NCBI GenBank assembly: GCA_031441465.1
Contig: JANOEP010000025.1
Span: forward strand, 1 to 57,760
DNA from: a bacterium
GTDB taxonomy: Bacteria; Krumholzibacteriota; Krumholzibacteriia; LZORAL124-64-63
Length of the DNA: 57,760 bases
Direction: 5' to 3'
Part shown: positions 36,466-46,445 of the stretch, piece by piece
Layout: every line of letters starts with the position of its first letter
Position numbering within the stretch: the first letter of the stretch is position 1
Translations under genes and position numbers: made by a program
The notes under the pieces: generated by a model
The model's database searches: none
Seen by the model: only the letters and a program-made list of their open reading frames with translations
Told to the model about the DNA's origin: nothing

Positions 36466-37344
36466 TTGTCGACTGCTACCCTGTCCCTGAAAACCATCCA
36501 TCCGCGCGACCTCAAGCTGGTCGTGAAGGAAGTCCCGACCCTGCCCATCGTCTACCAGCAGTTGTTCAGCAAGATGAGCGATCCCCAGGTCTCGGTGCCG
36601 CAGCTCGCCGAGATCGTCTCGCGCGACCAGGCGCTGACCACCAAGATCCTCAAGCTCGTCAACTCGGCGTTCTACGGTTACAAGCAGGAGATCAACACCA
36701 TCAGCCGCGCGATGGTGATCCTCGGCTTCCGCACGGTGCGCAACGCGGCGCTGGCCGTCAGCGTCTTCGACTACGTGGCCGGCATGGAGGAGGACAGCCG
36801 CTTCCCGATCGAGGACTTCTGGAAGCACAGCCTCTGCGCCGCCACGGTCTGCAAGATCCTGGGGCAGGAGACCGGCATGAAGCAGCAGGAGGAGACGTTC
36901 ACCAGCGGCCTGCTGCACGACATCGGCAAGCTGATCATGAAGAAGTACTTCACCGAGGATTTCAACGACGTCTGCAACCACGCCCTGAACCATGGGCAGA
37001 GCTGGATCGCCGCCGAATCCGAGCTGCTCAGCGTCGATCACACCAACGTCGCCAAGGCGGTGCTGCGCAGCTGGAACTTCCCGGCGAACCTGGTCGAATC
37101 CGCCCAGTGCCACCACAGCCTCAGTTCCGGCTGCTCGTACCCCGGCCTGGTGGCCCTGGTGAACGTGTCGGACCACCTCTCCTACATGCTGGGCATGGGC
37201 GCGCCCGCGAGCCTCGCGGCGGCCGACGTCGACCCCTGGGCGCTGAGCGAGCTGAACATCACGCTGGAGCAGGCGCTGCGGCTGCAGGACAAGTTCCTCG
37301 AAGAGACCAACCAGGCCCTCGAGATCATGCAGATCATCCAGTAG
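36466..37344 (+). CDS. HDOD domain signal-transduction protein
   Basis: GAGGAGGAG RBS and TTG start. Motifs PTLP, DQALTTKILKLVNSAFYG, AMVILG, FWKHS, GLLHDIGK, DH...WNFP and HH. Confidence 0.9.
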   Translation: MSTATLSLKTIHPRDLKLVVKEVPTLPIVYQQLFSKMSDPQVSVPQLAEIVSRDQALTTKILKLVNSAFYGYKQEINTISRAMVILGFRTVRNAALAVSVFDYVAGMEEDSRFPIEDFWKHSLCAATVCKILGQETGMKQQEETFTSGLLHDIGKLIMKKYFTEDFNDVCNHALNHGQSWIAAESELLSVDHTNVAKAVLRSWNFPANLVESAQCHHSLSSGCSYPGLVALVNVSDHLSYMLGMGAPASLAAADVDPWALSELNITLEQALRLQDKFLEETNQALEIMQIIQ

Positions 37345-37363
37345 GACCTTGCCCGCCGGCTCG

Positions 37364-37401
37364 GCCCCGGTCCGGATCAAGCCGGGCCGGGGCTTTTTTT
37401 T
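37364..37401 (+). terminator. Rho-independent terminator
   Basis: GCCCCGGTCCGG / CCGGGCCGGGGC stem followed by T8. Confidence 0.85.
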
Positions 37402-38662
37402 ATTCCCGAGGCGATGAGCGGTCGGTGGCGTCGACGGTGGGCGGCATCGCCAACTCAGGCGCCTGCGGCAGCCGCAGCGCCTTCTCGATGGGCGGAAGTT
37501 CAGGCAGGCTCTCGCCGACGGCGGCGCCGAGCTGCTCGAAGCGGCGGGCCTGGGGCAGGACGTTGCGTTCGAGCGATCCCAGGAACTTGTTGTAGCTGTC
37601 GACCGAGCGGTCGAGGTGCTGGCCGTGCTTCGAGAGGTGCTCGGCCATCGTGCGCAGCCGGGCGTAGAGGTCGCGGCCGAGTTCGCTGATCTCGCGCGCG
37701 CTCTCGGTCAGCTTCTGCTGGTTCCAGCCGTAGGCCACGGCGCGCAACAGCGCGATCAGCGTGGTCGGCGAGGCGGGGATGACCTTCTCGTTGACGCCCT
37801 TCTCGATGAGCGACGGGTCCTGCGCCAGGGCTTGGCCGAAGATGTTCTCCCCCGGCAGGAACATGACGACGAACTCGGGCGAGGGCGTGAACTGGCTCCA
37901 GTAGTTCTTGAGCCCGAGCTTGCGCATGTGGTCCTGGATGTGGCGGGCGTGATCCGTCAGCAGAGCGCGACGGCGGTCCTCGTCCTCGGCTTCGACGGCC
38001 GCGAGGTAGGCGTCGAGCGGCGCCTTCGCGTCGACCACGACCTGCTGCCCCCCGGGCAGGCGGACGATCATGTCGGGGCGCAGCCGGCCGTCCTCGCCCT
38101 CGACCGATGCCTGTTCGACGAAGTCCACGTAGTCGAGCATGCCCGCCATCTCGACGACCTTGCGCAGCTGCAGTTCGCCCCAGCGGCCGCGCACCTCCGG
38201 CCGGCGCAGGGCCCGCACGAGGTTGGAGGTCTCGGATTTCAGGGCGCGCTGATCGTCGTTGACCGTGCCGATGAGCCGCACGAGATCCGCGTGGGTCGCC
38301 GCCCGCTGCTTCTCCAATTGGGTGATCTCGAGGGTCACCTTGGCGAGGGTGTCGCCGATGGGCTTGACCAGCCCTTCGACCGCCTGCTGGCGCTGGGCCA
38401 GTTCGCCGGAGGCGCGGGCCACGACCTTTTCCAGCTCCGGGCGGGCCAGCTGCAGGAAGCTCTCGTTGTTCAGGCGCAGCGCGTCGGCGGCGGCGGCCTT
38501 GAAGGCGTCGCGTTGCGCGCCGCCGTCGAGGTCGCGGCGGGCCAGTTCGGCCTCGAGGCGCACGGCCTTCTCGCGCAGGGTCGCTTCGCGCGCGCGGGCC
38601 AGCAGGTGGACCAGGATTCCGCCGGCGAGCAGTCCGGCCAGGGCGGCGAGCGGCGCGGTCAC
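37400..38662 (-). CDS. rmuC: DNA recombination protein RmuC
   Basis: N-terminal TM and coiled coil. Motifs RGRWGELQL, RPDMIVRLPG, VDAKAP, FVVMFLPGE and SPTTLIALLR. Confidence 0.93.
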   Translation of the reverse strand: MTAPLAALAGLLAGGILVHLLARAREATLREKAVRLEAELARRDLDGGAQRDAFKAAAADALRLNNESFLQLARPELEKVVARASGELAQRQQAVEGLVKPIGDTLAKVTLEITQLEKQRAATHADLVRLIGTVNDDQRALKSETSNLVRALRRPEVRGRWGELQLRKVVEMAGMLDYVDFVEQASVEGEDGRLRPDMIVRLPGGQQVVVDAKAPLDAYLAAVEAEDEDRRRALLTDHARHIQDHMRKLGLKNYWSQFTPSPEFVVMFLPGENIFGQALAQDPSLIEKGVNEKVIPASPTTLIALLRAVAYGWNQQKLTESAREISELGRDLYARLRTMAEHLSKHGQHLDRSVDSYNKFLGSLERNVLPQARRFEQLGAAVGESLPELPPIEKALRLPQAPELAMPPTVDATDRSSPRE

Positions 38663-38665
38663 GCC

Positions 38666-38998
38666 CTAATCCTGCTCACGGATGAGGTTGGTGAGCCCCA
38701 TCTGGGCCTCGAGGCGCTCGACGAGGATGGAGCGGGTCAGGGAGCAGGCCTCCGTGATCTTCTGCGAGCGGAGGCTGTAGTAGACGTTGATGCCGTCCTT
38801 GCGCGTGTTGACGACGCCGGCCTGGCGCAGCACGGCGAGGTGCTGCGAGGTGTTGGCCTTGGGGATCTCGAGGCGCTCGGCCAACTCGTTGACGCAGATC
38901 TCGCCCGCGTCCTTCAGGATGTCGAGGATCTCGAGGCGCTTCGGGTTCGAGAGCGTCTTGCACAGCTCGGCCTGCATCTCGTAGAGCTTCTTGTCCAC
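38666..38998 (-). CDS. ArsR/SmtB-family transcriptional repressor
   Basis: Motifs KTLSNPKRLEIL, SQHLAVLRQAGVV and RKDG.NVYYSL. GTG start after GGGACGGAA. Confidence 0.9.
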   Translation of the reverse strand: MDKKLYEMQAELCKTLSNPKRLEILDILKDAGEICVNELAERLEIPKANTSQHLAVLRQAGVVNTRKDGINVYYSLRSQKITEACSLTRSILVERLEAQMGLTNLIREQD

Positions 38999-39157
38999 TT
39001 CCGTCCCCTTGGTGTTGGCGCGACCTTCGATGTCGGCATGACGGCTTCCGCGCCCCATCGTCAGCCAAGGTGGCGGCGGCGCGAAGTTGCCGATAAATTA
39101 ACGACCTCATCTGCAACTGTCAAAGTCAAAGTACTGCATAACTGCATATACGTCTAC

Positions 39158-40114
39158 TTAAAGGATCTGGTTTTCGGAGAGTTCGGGCGGGAGGTCGAAT
39201 TTCACGTGCTCTTCCAACACGATACGGGGCTGGATCCGCCAACCTTCAGCTTCGAAGTAGCGGATGATCTCCTGGACGAGATACTCAGGAGCCGAGGCGC
39301 CGGCGGTCAGTCCGACCAGATGCAGGGGCGCCAGCTCGTTGCGGGGCAGGTCGACGGCGCCACCGACGAGGTCGGCCGGCACGCCGGCCAGGCGCGCCAC
39401 CTCGCCCAGACGCAGGGAGTTGCTGCTGTTGGCCGAACCGACCACCAACAGGCGCTGGATCCCGTCGGCCAGCAGCGCCTTCACGGCGTCCTGGCGATTC
39501 TGCGTGGCGTAACAGATGTCGCTGTGGGCGGGGCCGGACAGGTCCGGTCGCCGCCGTTTCAGGATCTCGATGATCTCACGGGTCTCGTCCACGCTCAGGG
39601 TCGTCTGCGTCACGTAGCAGAGGTCCCCGCTTTCCGGCAAGCTCACCGTCTCGGCGTCCTGGGCCGACGTGACCAAGGTGATGGCGTCGGGCGCCTCCCC
39701 CATCGTGCCGACCACCTCGTCGTGCCCGGCGTGGCCGATCAGCAGGGTGTGACGGCCGCGCCGGGCGTGGCGTTCGACCTGGCGGTGGACCTTGGTGACC
39801 AGGGGGCAGGTGGCGTCCACGACGCGCAGGCCGCGCCGCTCGGCCTCGGTGCGCACCGCGGGCGAGACGCCGTGGGCGCTGAACACCACGGTGCCGCCGG
39901 TCGGCACCTCGTCCAGTTCCTCGACGAAGATCACGCCGCGGCGCACGAAGTCGTCGACCACGGCCCGGTTGTGGACGATCTCCTTGCGCACGTGAAGCGG
40001 ACCCTCGACAAGCGGGAGCAACTGCTCCACGATGGCGATCGCCCGTTCGACGCCCGCGCAGAACCCGCGCGGCCCGGCGACCAGCAGCGTCCTCTCATCC
40101 GACGAGGGGGACAT
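39158..40114 (-). CDS. ispH: 4-hydroxy-3-methylbut-2-enyl diphosphate reductase
   Basis: Motifs PRGFCAGVERA, IVHN, FSAHGVS, DATCPLVTKVH, TQTTLS, ICYATQNRQ, SSNS and TAGASAP. Confidence 0.96.
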   Translation of the reverse strand: MSPSSDERTLLVAGPRGFCAGVERAIAIVEQLLPLVEGPLHVRKEIVHNRAVVDDFVRRGVIFVEELDEVPTGGTVVFSAHGVSPAVRTEAERRGLRVVDATCPLVTKVHRQVERHARRGRHTLLIGHAGHDEVVGTMGEAPDAITLVTSAQDAETVSLPESGDLCYVTQTTLSVDETREIIEILKRRRPDLSGPAHSDICYATQNRQDAVKALLADGIQRLLVVGSANSSNSLRLGEVARLAGVPADLVGGAVDLPRNELAPLHLVGLTAGASAPEYLVQEIIRYFEAEGWRIQPRIVLEEHVKFDLPPELSENQIL

Positions 40115-40218
40115 GCGAGCCTCCCGATGCAGTTCGAACCCCGGTCCGGGCGCCATGGCCCCGATTCGCAGCAGGATAGGCCCGTTCGGCGGGGGGAGCA
40201 AATTTCTGATTTCGGGAC

Positions 40219-40269
40219 TTGACAGTATCGAACTCTAATATATAATTGTATTCGCAGTTGATTGTATAT
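40219..40269 (+). promoter_or_regulatory. Consensus sigma70 promoter with an overlapping inverted repeat (putative operator)
   Basis: TTGACA(40219)-N16-TATAAT(40241). Inverted repeat ATATATAAT(40238-46) / ATTGTATAT(40261-69) matches at 8/9. Confidence 0.75.
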
Positions 40270-40295
40270 AGGTCCAGACACGGGAGGCCTCGATC

Positions 40296-40505
40296 ATGAC
40301 ACTTCATCGAATCCTGCGGCTGGTGGCCGGCGCCTTCGTGCTGCTGAGCCTGGCCCTCGCCCACTTCGTCAGCCCCAACTGGCTCTGGTTCACGGCGTTC
40401 GTGGGGCTGAACCTGCTCCAGTCGGCCTTCACGGACTGGTGCCCCCTGATCACGATGCTCAAGAAGGCCGGTGTCCCGGAGACCCGCGACGCGGGCCCCC
40501 GCTAG
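40296..40505 (+). CDS. DUF2892 / YgaP-like small membrane protein
   Basis: GGAGG RBS. R.LRL.AG...S..L......W...TAFVG.NL.QSAFT.WCP...ML. Confidence 0.88.
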   Translation: MTLHRILRLVAGAFVLLSLALAHFVSPNWLWFTAFVGLNLLQSAFTDWCPLITMLKKAGVPETRDAGPR

Positions 40506-40533
40506 CCAACCGATCGTCCGGAGAGGGAGAACC

Positions 40534-41985
40534 ATGCAGATTCCAGGCAACAAGACGGGAACCCGGCTCGCCGCCGCCGGCGGCCTCCTGGTGGTCCTGA
40601 TGTCGCTGTCGGTCCCGGCGGGTCCGGCCGCCGCGGCCGCGGACACCGGTCTCGAGGAGATCGGCGTCGTGCTCGGCGACACGCTGTTCGTCGATCGCGG
40701 GCTGGTGATCGCCGCCGCGCTGCGGCACAACGAGATGCTGGCCGCCAGCGGCGAGATGAGCGCCGCCGCGGCCGCGGACGCCCTCGGGGCCTGGCGCGGC
40801 TTCCTGCCCCGCGTCTCGCTCGGGGCGTACCGGCTGCGCACCGACGACGCCCTGTACGGTTTCGGGTTCAAGCTGAACCAGCGCCGCGCGACCATGGCCG
40901 ACTTCGCGGCGCCGCCTGCCGGCAACACCCTGAACGAGCCGGGCGTCGGCGAGAACAACATCATGCAGGTCCGCGTGCAGCAGCCGGTGTTCAACGCCGG
41001 CATGGCGCTCTACGGCAAGAAGGCCGCCGACGCGATGGCCGGGGCCGCCCGCCTCGAGCACGCCCGCGCCGCCGAAACGGTGCGCTTCCACGCCGTGCAG
41101 GCCTACGAGGGTCTCGTCCTGGCCAAGGCCTACGAGAGCGTCATGCTCGCCGCGCTCGCCTCGGCCGACGCTCACGTCGAGCAAGCCCAGGCCATGGTCG
41201 ACAACGACATGGCCACCGAAGCCGACCTGCTACAGGCCAAGGTCCACCGCGCCGGCCTGCACCAGCGCCTGATCGACGTGCGCAACCTGGCCGCGACGGC
41301 GGGCGATCACATCCGGCTGCTGACCGCCGTGAACACGCCGCTGCCTCTGGCCCCCGCGGCCGTCCAGACTCCCGTCGGCGTCGCCGCCGGCGCGGCGACC
41401 CGCGACGGCGCCGGGTCCGCCGCCGCGCGCTCCGACGTACTCGCCGCCCGCGAGCAGGCCGCCGCCGCCGCGCACATGGCCAAGGTCGCCCGCGGCGCGA
41501 TGCTGCCGCATCTGAATCTGCAGGCCGAGAAGAACTGGTTCCACCGCGACGAACTGTTCGGCGACGAGGCCGACAGCTGGACGTTCGGCGTCTACGCCAC
41601 CTGGGACGTCTTCTCCGGCCTCGAGGACGTCGGCGCCCTGCGCAAGGCCCGGGCCCAGGGTCGCGCCGCGGCGCACATGGCCGACTTCGCGCAGCGCCAG
41701 GCCGGCCTCGAACTGGACCAGGCGCGGCGGGAAGCCGGCGCCGCCGCCGAAAGGCTCGCGGTCGCCGCCGACGCCGTCGTGTCCGCGCGGGAGAGCCTGC
41801 GCATCGTCGACGAGATGTACCGCGAAGGCCTCGCCTCGATGGTCGACCTGCTGGACGTGCAGGCCATGGCCACGCAGACCGAGGGCGACCACGTCCAGGC
41901 GCGGCACGACCTGCGCGTGAGCGAGGCGAAGACGATCTACGCCGGGGCCATCGACCCCGCCGCCGGCCGGGAGGACCGCGAATGA
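40534..41985 (+). CDS. TolC-family outer-membrane efflux protein
   Basis: Signal peptide, duplicated OEP pattern (LPRVSL, QPVFNAG, LPHLNL, WDVFSG) and YREGLASMVDLLD. Confidence 0.88.
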   Translation: MQIPGNKTGTRLAAAGGLLVVLMSLSVPAGPAAAAADTGLEEIGVVLGDTLFVDRGLVIAAALRHNEMLAASGEMSAAAAADALGAWRGFLPRVSLGAYRLRTDDALYGFGFKLNQRRATMADFAAPPAGNTLNEPGVGENNIMQVRVQQPVFNAGMALYGKKAADAMAGAARLEHARAAETVRFHAVQAYEGLVLAKAYESVMLAALASADAHVEQAQAMVDNDMATEADLLQAKVHRAGLHQRLIDVRNLAATAGDHIRLLTAVNTPLPLAPAAVQTPVGVAAGAATRDGAGSAAARSDVLAAREQAAAAAHMAKVARGAMLPHLNLQAEKNWFHRDELFGDEADSWTFGVYATWDVFSGLEDVGALRKARAQGRAAAHMADFAQRQAGLELDQARREAGAAAERLAVAADAVVSARESLRIVDEMYREGLASMVDLLDVQAMATQTEGDHVQARHDLRVSEAKTIYAGAIDPAAGREDRE

Positions 41986-42008
41986 CAAACCTGCGGAGGA
42001 ATCACGCC

Positions 42009-43082
42009 ATGAAGAACGCCATGTTGCTGGCCGCGACCGGCCTGCTGATCGCCGGCCTGGCCGGCTGCGGCAACGAGAAGCCCGCGACGCACGCCGCCGC
42101 GAAGGAAGTCGCCTGCGAGACCACGACCGTCGAACTGACGACGCTGCCGGTGACCGTCGGCGCCGTCGCCAGCGTCGAGCCGGCCGTGCGCGCCCACATC
42201 AGCACGCGCATGATGGGCTGGGTGAGCCGGATCCACGTGCGCGAGGGCGACGCGGTGCGCGCCGGGCAGGCGCTGCTGAGCATCGACGACAAGGACCTGC
42301 GCGCCCGGCGCGAGCAGGCCGAGGCCGGCGTCCGCGAGGCCGAAGCCGTGGTCGCCAACACCGAGGCGACGGCCGCGCGCTTCCGGAACCTGTACGAGCG
42401 CAAGGCCGTCTCGAAGCAGCAGCTCGACGACGTGACCACCGGGCTGGAGCGGGCCCGCGCCGGCCTGGCCCAGGCCGAGGCCGCCCGCACCGAGGCGGGC
42501 GTGCACCTCGGCTACCTGAACATCGTGGCGCCCGCCGCCGGCGTGGTGACGCGCCGGATGGTCGAAGTGGGCGACATGGCGTCGCCGGGCCAGCCCCTGA
42601 TGTACGTGGACCAGCTCGACCGCCTGAAGGTGGTGGCCGCCGTCGGGGAGAGGGACGTGTCCCTGATCGCGGCCGGCGACACGGCCCGCATCGCCGTGAC
42701 CTCGCTCGACGGCGCCGTGTTCGCGGCCGCGGTCGCCCGCGTGATCCCGTCGGCGAACCCCGGATCGCGCACCTACGACGTCGAGCTGTACCTCGAGCAC
42801 CCCGACCCCCGCCTGCGCCCCGGCATGTTCGCCCGCGTGGACCTGACCACGGGCGAGCGCCGCGGCGTCCTGGTGCCCCGCTCCGCGATCGTCGTGCGCG
42901 GTCAGTTGACGGGCGTGTTCCTCGCCAGCGACGACGGGACCGCGCGCCTGCGCTGGGTCCGCCTGGGCGACGAGTGGGACGGCAAGGTCGAGGTCCTGTC
43001 CGGCCTGTCGGGCGGCGAGACGGTCGTCACCGGCAGCGCGACGCCCCTGTCCGAGGGCGACCGGGTGGTGACGCGGTCATGA
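42009..43082 (+). CDS. RND efflux periplasmic adaptor (MFP) lipoprotein
   Basis: GGAGGA RBS and lipobox LAG-C. Motifs VREGDAVRAGQ, IVAPAAGVV, LRPGMFAR and VLSGL. Confidence 0.9.
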   Translation: MKNAMLLAATGLLIAGLAGCGNEKPATHAAAKEVACETTTVELTTLPVTVGAVASVEPAVRAHISTRMMGWVSRIHVREGDAVRAGQALLSIDDKDLRARREQAEAGVREAEAVVANTEATAARFRNLYERKAVSKQQLDDVTTGLERARAGLAQAEAARTEAGVHLGYLNIVAPAAGVVTRRMVEVGDMASPGQPLMYVDQLDRLKVVAAVGERDVSLIAAGDTARIAVTSLDGAVFAAAVARVIPSANPGSRTYDVELYLEHPDPRLRPGMFARVDLTTGERRGVLVPRSAIVVRGQLTGVFLASDDGTARLRWVRLGDEWDGKVEVLSGLSGGETVVTGSATPLSEGDRVVTRS

Positions 43083-46000
43083 GCCACCAGCCCGGGCAGT
43101 ACGGCCCCGCCACGAAGCTGGCGCAGGCCTTCATCAACTCGAAGCTGACGCCGCTGCTCATCTTCGCCATGCTCCTGCTGGGCATGTTCTCGCTGTCGCT
43201 GACGCCGCGCGAGGAGGAGCCCCAGATCGTGGTGCCGATGATCGACATCATGGTCATGCTGCCGGGCGCCGACCCGGCCGAGGTGGAGAGCCGCCTCGCC
43301 CGCCCCCTCGAGCAGAGGATCTGGGAGGTCGAGGGCGTCGAGTACGTCTACACCAGCAGCTACCCGAACTTCGCCCTGGTCACCGCGCGCTTCCTGGTCG
43401 GCCACGACATGGAAAAGGCGATGGTGCGCGTCTACAACAAGCTGGCCGGCAACCTCGACCAGATGCCGCCGGGCACCCTGCCGCCGCTGGTGAAGGTCCG
43501 CTCGATCGACGACGTGCCGATCATGTCGCTCACGCTCTGGAGCAAGGACTACGACCACTTCCAGCTGCGGCAGATCGCCGGCGAGTTGAAGAACGAGGTC
43601 CAGGACCTCGAGAACGTGTCGGTCGTCGACGTGGTGGGCGGCCGCAAGCGCAGCCTCCGCGTCGAGCTGGACCCGCAGCGCATGGCCGCCTTCAACGTCA
43701 CCCCGCTGTCGGTGGTGCCGGCCCTGCAGTCGGCCAACCAGAGCCTGCCGGCGGGATCGTTCCCGGCCCTGGACCGCCAGTTCACGGTCGAGGCGGGTTC
43801 CTTCCTGACCTCGGCGCAGGACGTGGCCGCCCTGGTGGTCGGCGTGTTCGGGGAGCGTCCGGTGCGCCTGGGCGACGTGGCCACGATCGTGGACGGTCCC
43901 TCCGACGTCGACAGCTACGCCTTCCACGGCCTCGGGCCGGGGTTCGCGTCGGAGGGCGGGCACGGCGGGTCCGATCGTCATGACTCGGCGACGCTGGCGG
44001 CCGGCGAGGGCGGCTTCGCCCCCGGCGACGAGTACCCGGCGGTGACCGTCTCGATCTCCAAGCGCAAGGGCAGCGACGCCACCCGCGTGTCGGCCCACGT
44101 GCTGGCGAAGGTGGAGGCCCTGCGGGGCCGCCTGATCCCCGGCGACGTCAACCTCACCGTGACGCGCGACTACGGCGAGACGGCGCAGCACAAGGCGAAG
44201 GAACTCATCAACAGCCTGATGCTGGCCATCCTGCTGGCGGTGATCGTCGTGCTGCCGGCGATGGGCTGGCGCGGGGCGCTGATCATCTTCCTGACCATCC
44301 CCACGACCTTCGGCCTGACGCTGTTCACCTACTACATCTTCCACTACACGCTCAACCGCGTGACGCTCTTCGCGCTGATCCTGGTGACCGGCCTGGTCGT
44401 GGACGACTCCATCATCATCGTCGAGAACATCCACCGGCACTTCAAGATGGCCGGGCGCCGCAGCCTGCTGGCGGCCCTGCAGGCCATCGACGAGGTCGGC
44501 AACCCGACCATCCTGGCCACGTTCACCGTCATCGCCTCGGTGCTGCCGATGGCCTTCGTGCGCGGCCTGATGGGCCCCTACATGCGGCCGATGCCGGTGG
44601 GCGCCTCGCTGGCCATGCTCTTCTCGCTGTTCATCGCGCTGGTGATCGCGCCCTGGCTGGCCGTCCGCCTGCTCGGCCACAAGCAGAGCGACGCGCTCGA
44701 CGCGACCGGCGGCTTCGCCGACGACCCCGAGTTCGCGGCCAAGGAGACCGGCTACCACCTGCACGACACGCGCATCTACAAGATCTACAGCCGCATCATG
44801 ACCCCGCTGATCGCCGACGGGCGCAAGCGGGTCCTGCTGCTCGGCTCGGTCGCCCTGCTGACCGTGGCGGTGTCGCTGCTCTTCGTGACGCGCACCGTCC
44901 AGGTGAAGATGCTGCCCTTCGACAACAAGAGCGAGTTCCAGGTCATCGTGGACATGCCCGAAGGCACGACCCTCGAGCGCACCACCGAAGTGGCGCGCGA
45001 GATCGGCGACTACCTCGCCGGCGTGCCCCAGGTGACCGACTACCAGCTCTACGCCGGCGTGCCCGCGCCCGTGAACTTCAACGGCCTGGTGCGGCACTAC
45101 TTCCTGCGGCAGGGCCCGACGGTGGCCGACCTGCAGGTGAACCTGCTGCCCAAGGGGGAGCGCAAGGCGCAGAGCCACGACATCGCCAAGCGCGTGCGCG
45201 GCCCGATCCAGGAGATCGCGAAGCGCCACGGCGCCGCCGTCAAGATCGCCGAAGTGCCGCCCGGACCGCCCGTCCTCTCGACGCTCGTCGCCGAGGTCTA
45301 CGGGCCCGACCTGGCCACCCGCGTCGACGTCGCCCGCAAGGTGAAGGAGGTCTTCGAGACCACGCCCGGCGTGGTGGACATCGACTGGTTCGTCGAGGCC
45401 GACCAGACGCGCTACCGCTTCGTCGTGGACAAGGAGCGCGCCGCGGTGCGCGGCGTCGGCACCGACCAGGTGGCGCGCACGCTGGCCGTGGCCCTGGGCG
45501 GCTACGACGCCGGCCTGGCCCACATCCCGGAGGCCGTCGAGGCCGTCCCCATCACCCTGCGCCTGCCGCAGGCGGACCGTTCGAGCCTGGAGTCCCTGTC
45601 CGACCTCTACCTCCATTCCAGCGCCGGGGCGTTGATCCCGCTGTCGGACGTGGTGAGGGTCGAGACCTCGACGCTGCCCCAGAGCCTGCACCGCCGCAAC
45701 CTCAAGCCGGTGGTCTACGTGACCGCCGACGTGGCCGGCGAGTTGGAGTCGCCCATCTACGCGATCCTCGACATGAAGGAACGCATCGCGGGAATCCCCC
45801 TGCCCGGCGGCGCGGAGCTGAAGCAGCACTTCAAGGCGCAGCCGGGCGACAGCGAGCAGCCCAGCCTGAAGTGGGACGGGGAATGGCACATCACCTACGA
45901 GGTGTTCCGCGACCTGGGCCTGGCCTTCGCGATCGTGCTGGTGCTGATCTACCTGCTGATCGTGGGCTGGTTCCAGAACTTCGTGGTGCCGATCCTGATG

Positions 46001-46375
46001 ATGATCCCGATCCCGCTGACGCTGGTGGGCATCATCCCGGGGCATCTGATCTTCGGCGCCTTCTTCACGGCCACGTCGATGATCGGCTTCATCGCGCTGG
46101 CGGGCATCATGGTGCGCAACAGCGTGCTGCTGATCGACTTCATCGAATCGCGGCTGAAGCAGGGGCTGAGCCTCGAGGAGGCCGTCATCGAGTCCGGGGC
46201 CGTGCGCTTCCTGCCGATCGCCCTGACGGCGGGCGCCGTGATCACCGCCTCGTCGGTGATGGTGTTCGACCCGATCTTCCAGGGGTTGGCGCTGTCGCTG
46301 GTGTTCGGGGCGATCGTCTCCACGCTGCTGACGGTCGTGGTGATCCCCCTCGCCTATTACATGTATCGGAAATGA
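43079..46375 (+). CDS. RND efflux permease (AcrB/AcrD/AcrF family)
   Basis: ATGA overlap. Motifs TPREEEPQIVVP, LNRVTLFALI, LVVDDSIIIVENI, GIMVRNSVLLIDF, RFLPIALT and DPIFQGLA. Confidence 0.93.
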   Translation: MSHQPGQYGPATKLAQAFINSKLTPLLIFAMLLLGMFSLSLTPREEEPQIVVPMIDIMVMLPGADPAEVESRLARPLEQRIWEVEGVEYVYTSSYPNFALVTARFLVGHDMEKAMVRVYNKLAGNLDQMPPGTLPPLVKVRSIDDVPIMSLTLWSKDYDHFQLRQIAGELKNEVQDLENVSVVDVVGGRKRSLRVELDPQRMAAFNVTPLSVVPALQSANQSLPAGSFPALDRQFTVEAGSFLTSAQDVAALVVGVFGERPVRLGDVATIVDGPSDVDSYAFHGLGPGFASEGGHGGSDRHDSATLAAGEGGFAPGDEYPAVTVSISKRKGSDATRVSAHVLAKVEALRGRLIPGDVNLTVTRDYGETAQHKAKELINSLMLAILLAVIVVLPAMGWRGALIIFLTIPTTFGLTLFTYYIFHYTLNRVTLFALILVTGLVVDDSIIIVENIHRHFKMAGRRSLLAALQAIDEVGNPTILATFTVIASVLPMAFVRGLMGPYMRPMPVGASLAMLFSLFIALVIAPWLAVRLLGHKQSDALDATGGFADDPEFAAKETGYHLHDTRIYKIYSRIMTPLIADGRKRVLLLGSVALLTVAVSLLFVTRTVQVKMLPFDNKSEFQVIVDMPEGTTLERTTEVAREIGDYLAGVPQVTDYQLYAGVPAPVNFNGLVRHYFLRQGPTVADLQVNLLPKGERKAQSHDIAKRVRGPIQEIAKRHGAAVKIAEVPPGPPVLSTLVAEVYGPDLATRVDVARKVKEVFETTPGVVDIDWFVEADQTRYRFVVDKERAAVRGVGTDQVARTLAVALGGYDAGLAHIPEAVEAVPITLRLPQADRSSLESLSDLYLHSSAGALIPLSDVVRVETSTLPQSLHRRNLKPVVYVTADVAGELESPIYAILDMKERIAGIPLPGGAELKQHFKAQPGDSEQPSLKWDGEWHITYEVFRDLGLAFAIVLVLIYLLIVGWFQNFVVPILMMIPIPLTLVGIIPGHLIFGAFFTATSMIGFIALAGIMVRNSVLLIDFIESRLKQGLSLEEAVIESGAVRFLPIALTAGAVITASSVMVFDPIFQGLALSLVFGAIVSTLLTVVVIPLAYYMYRK

Positions 46376-46445
46376 GTCCAGAGTGAGGGTGTTTTTACCT
46401 ATGTTAAATGTTGATCTCGTGGGGTGTGTCTTGTAATCTCGCGAA

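Noticed and set aside
39089..39096. Perfect sigma28 -10 box GCCGATAA
   Set aside because: No -35 at 15-nt spacing, and it points antisense into ispH.
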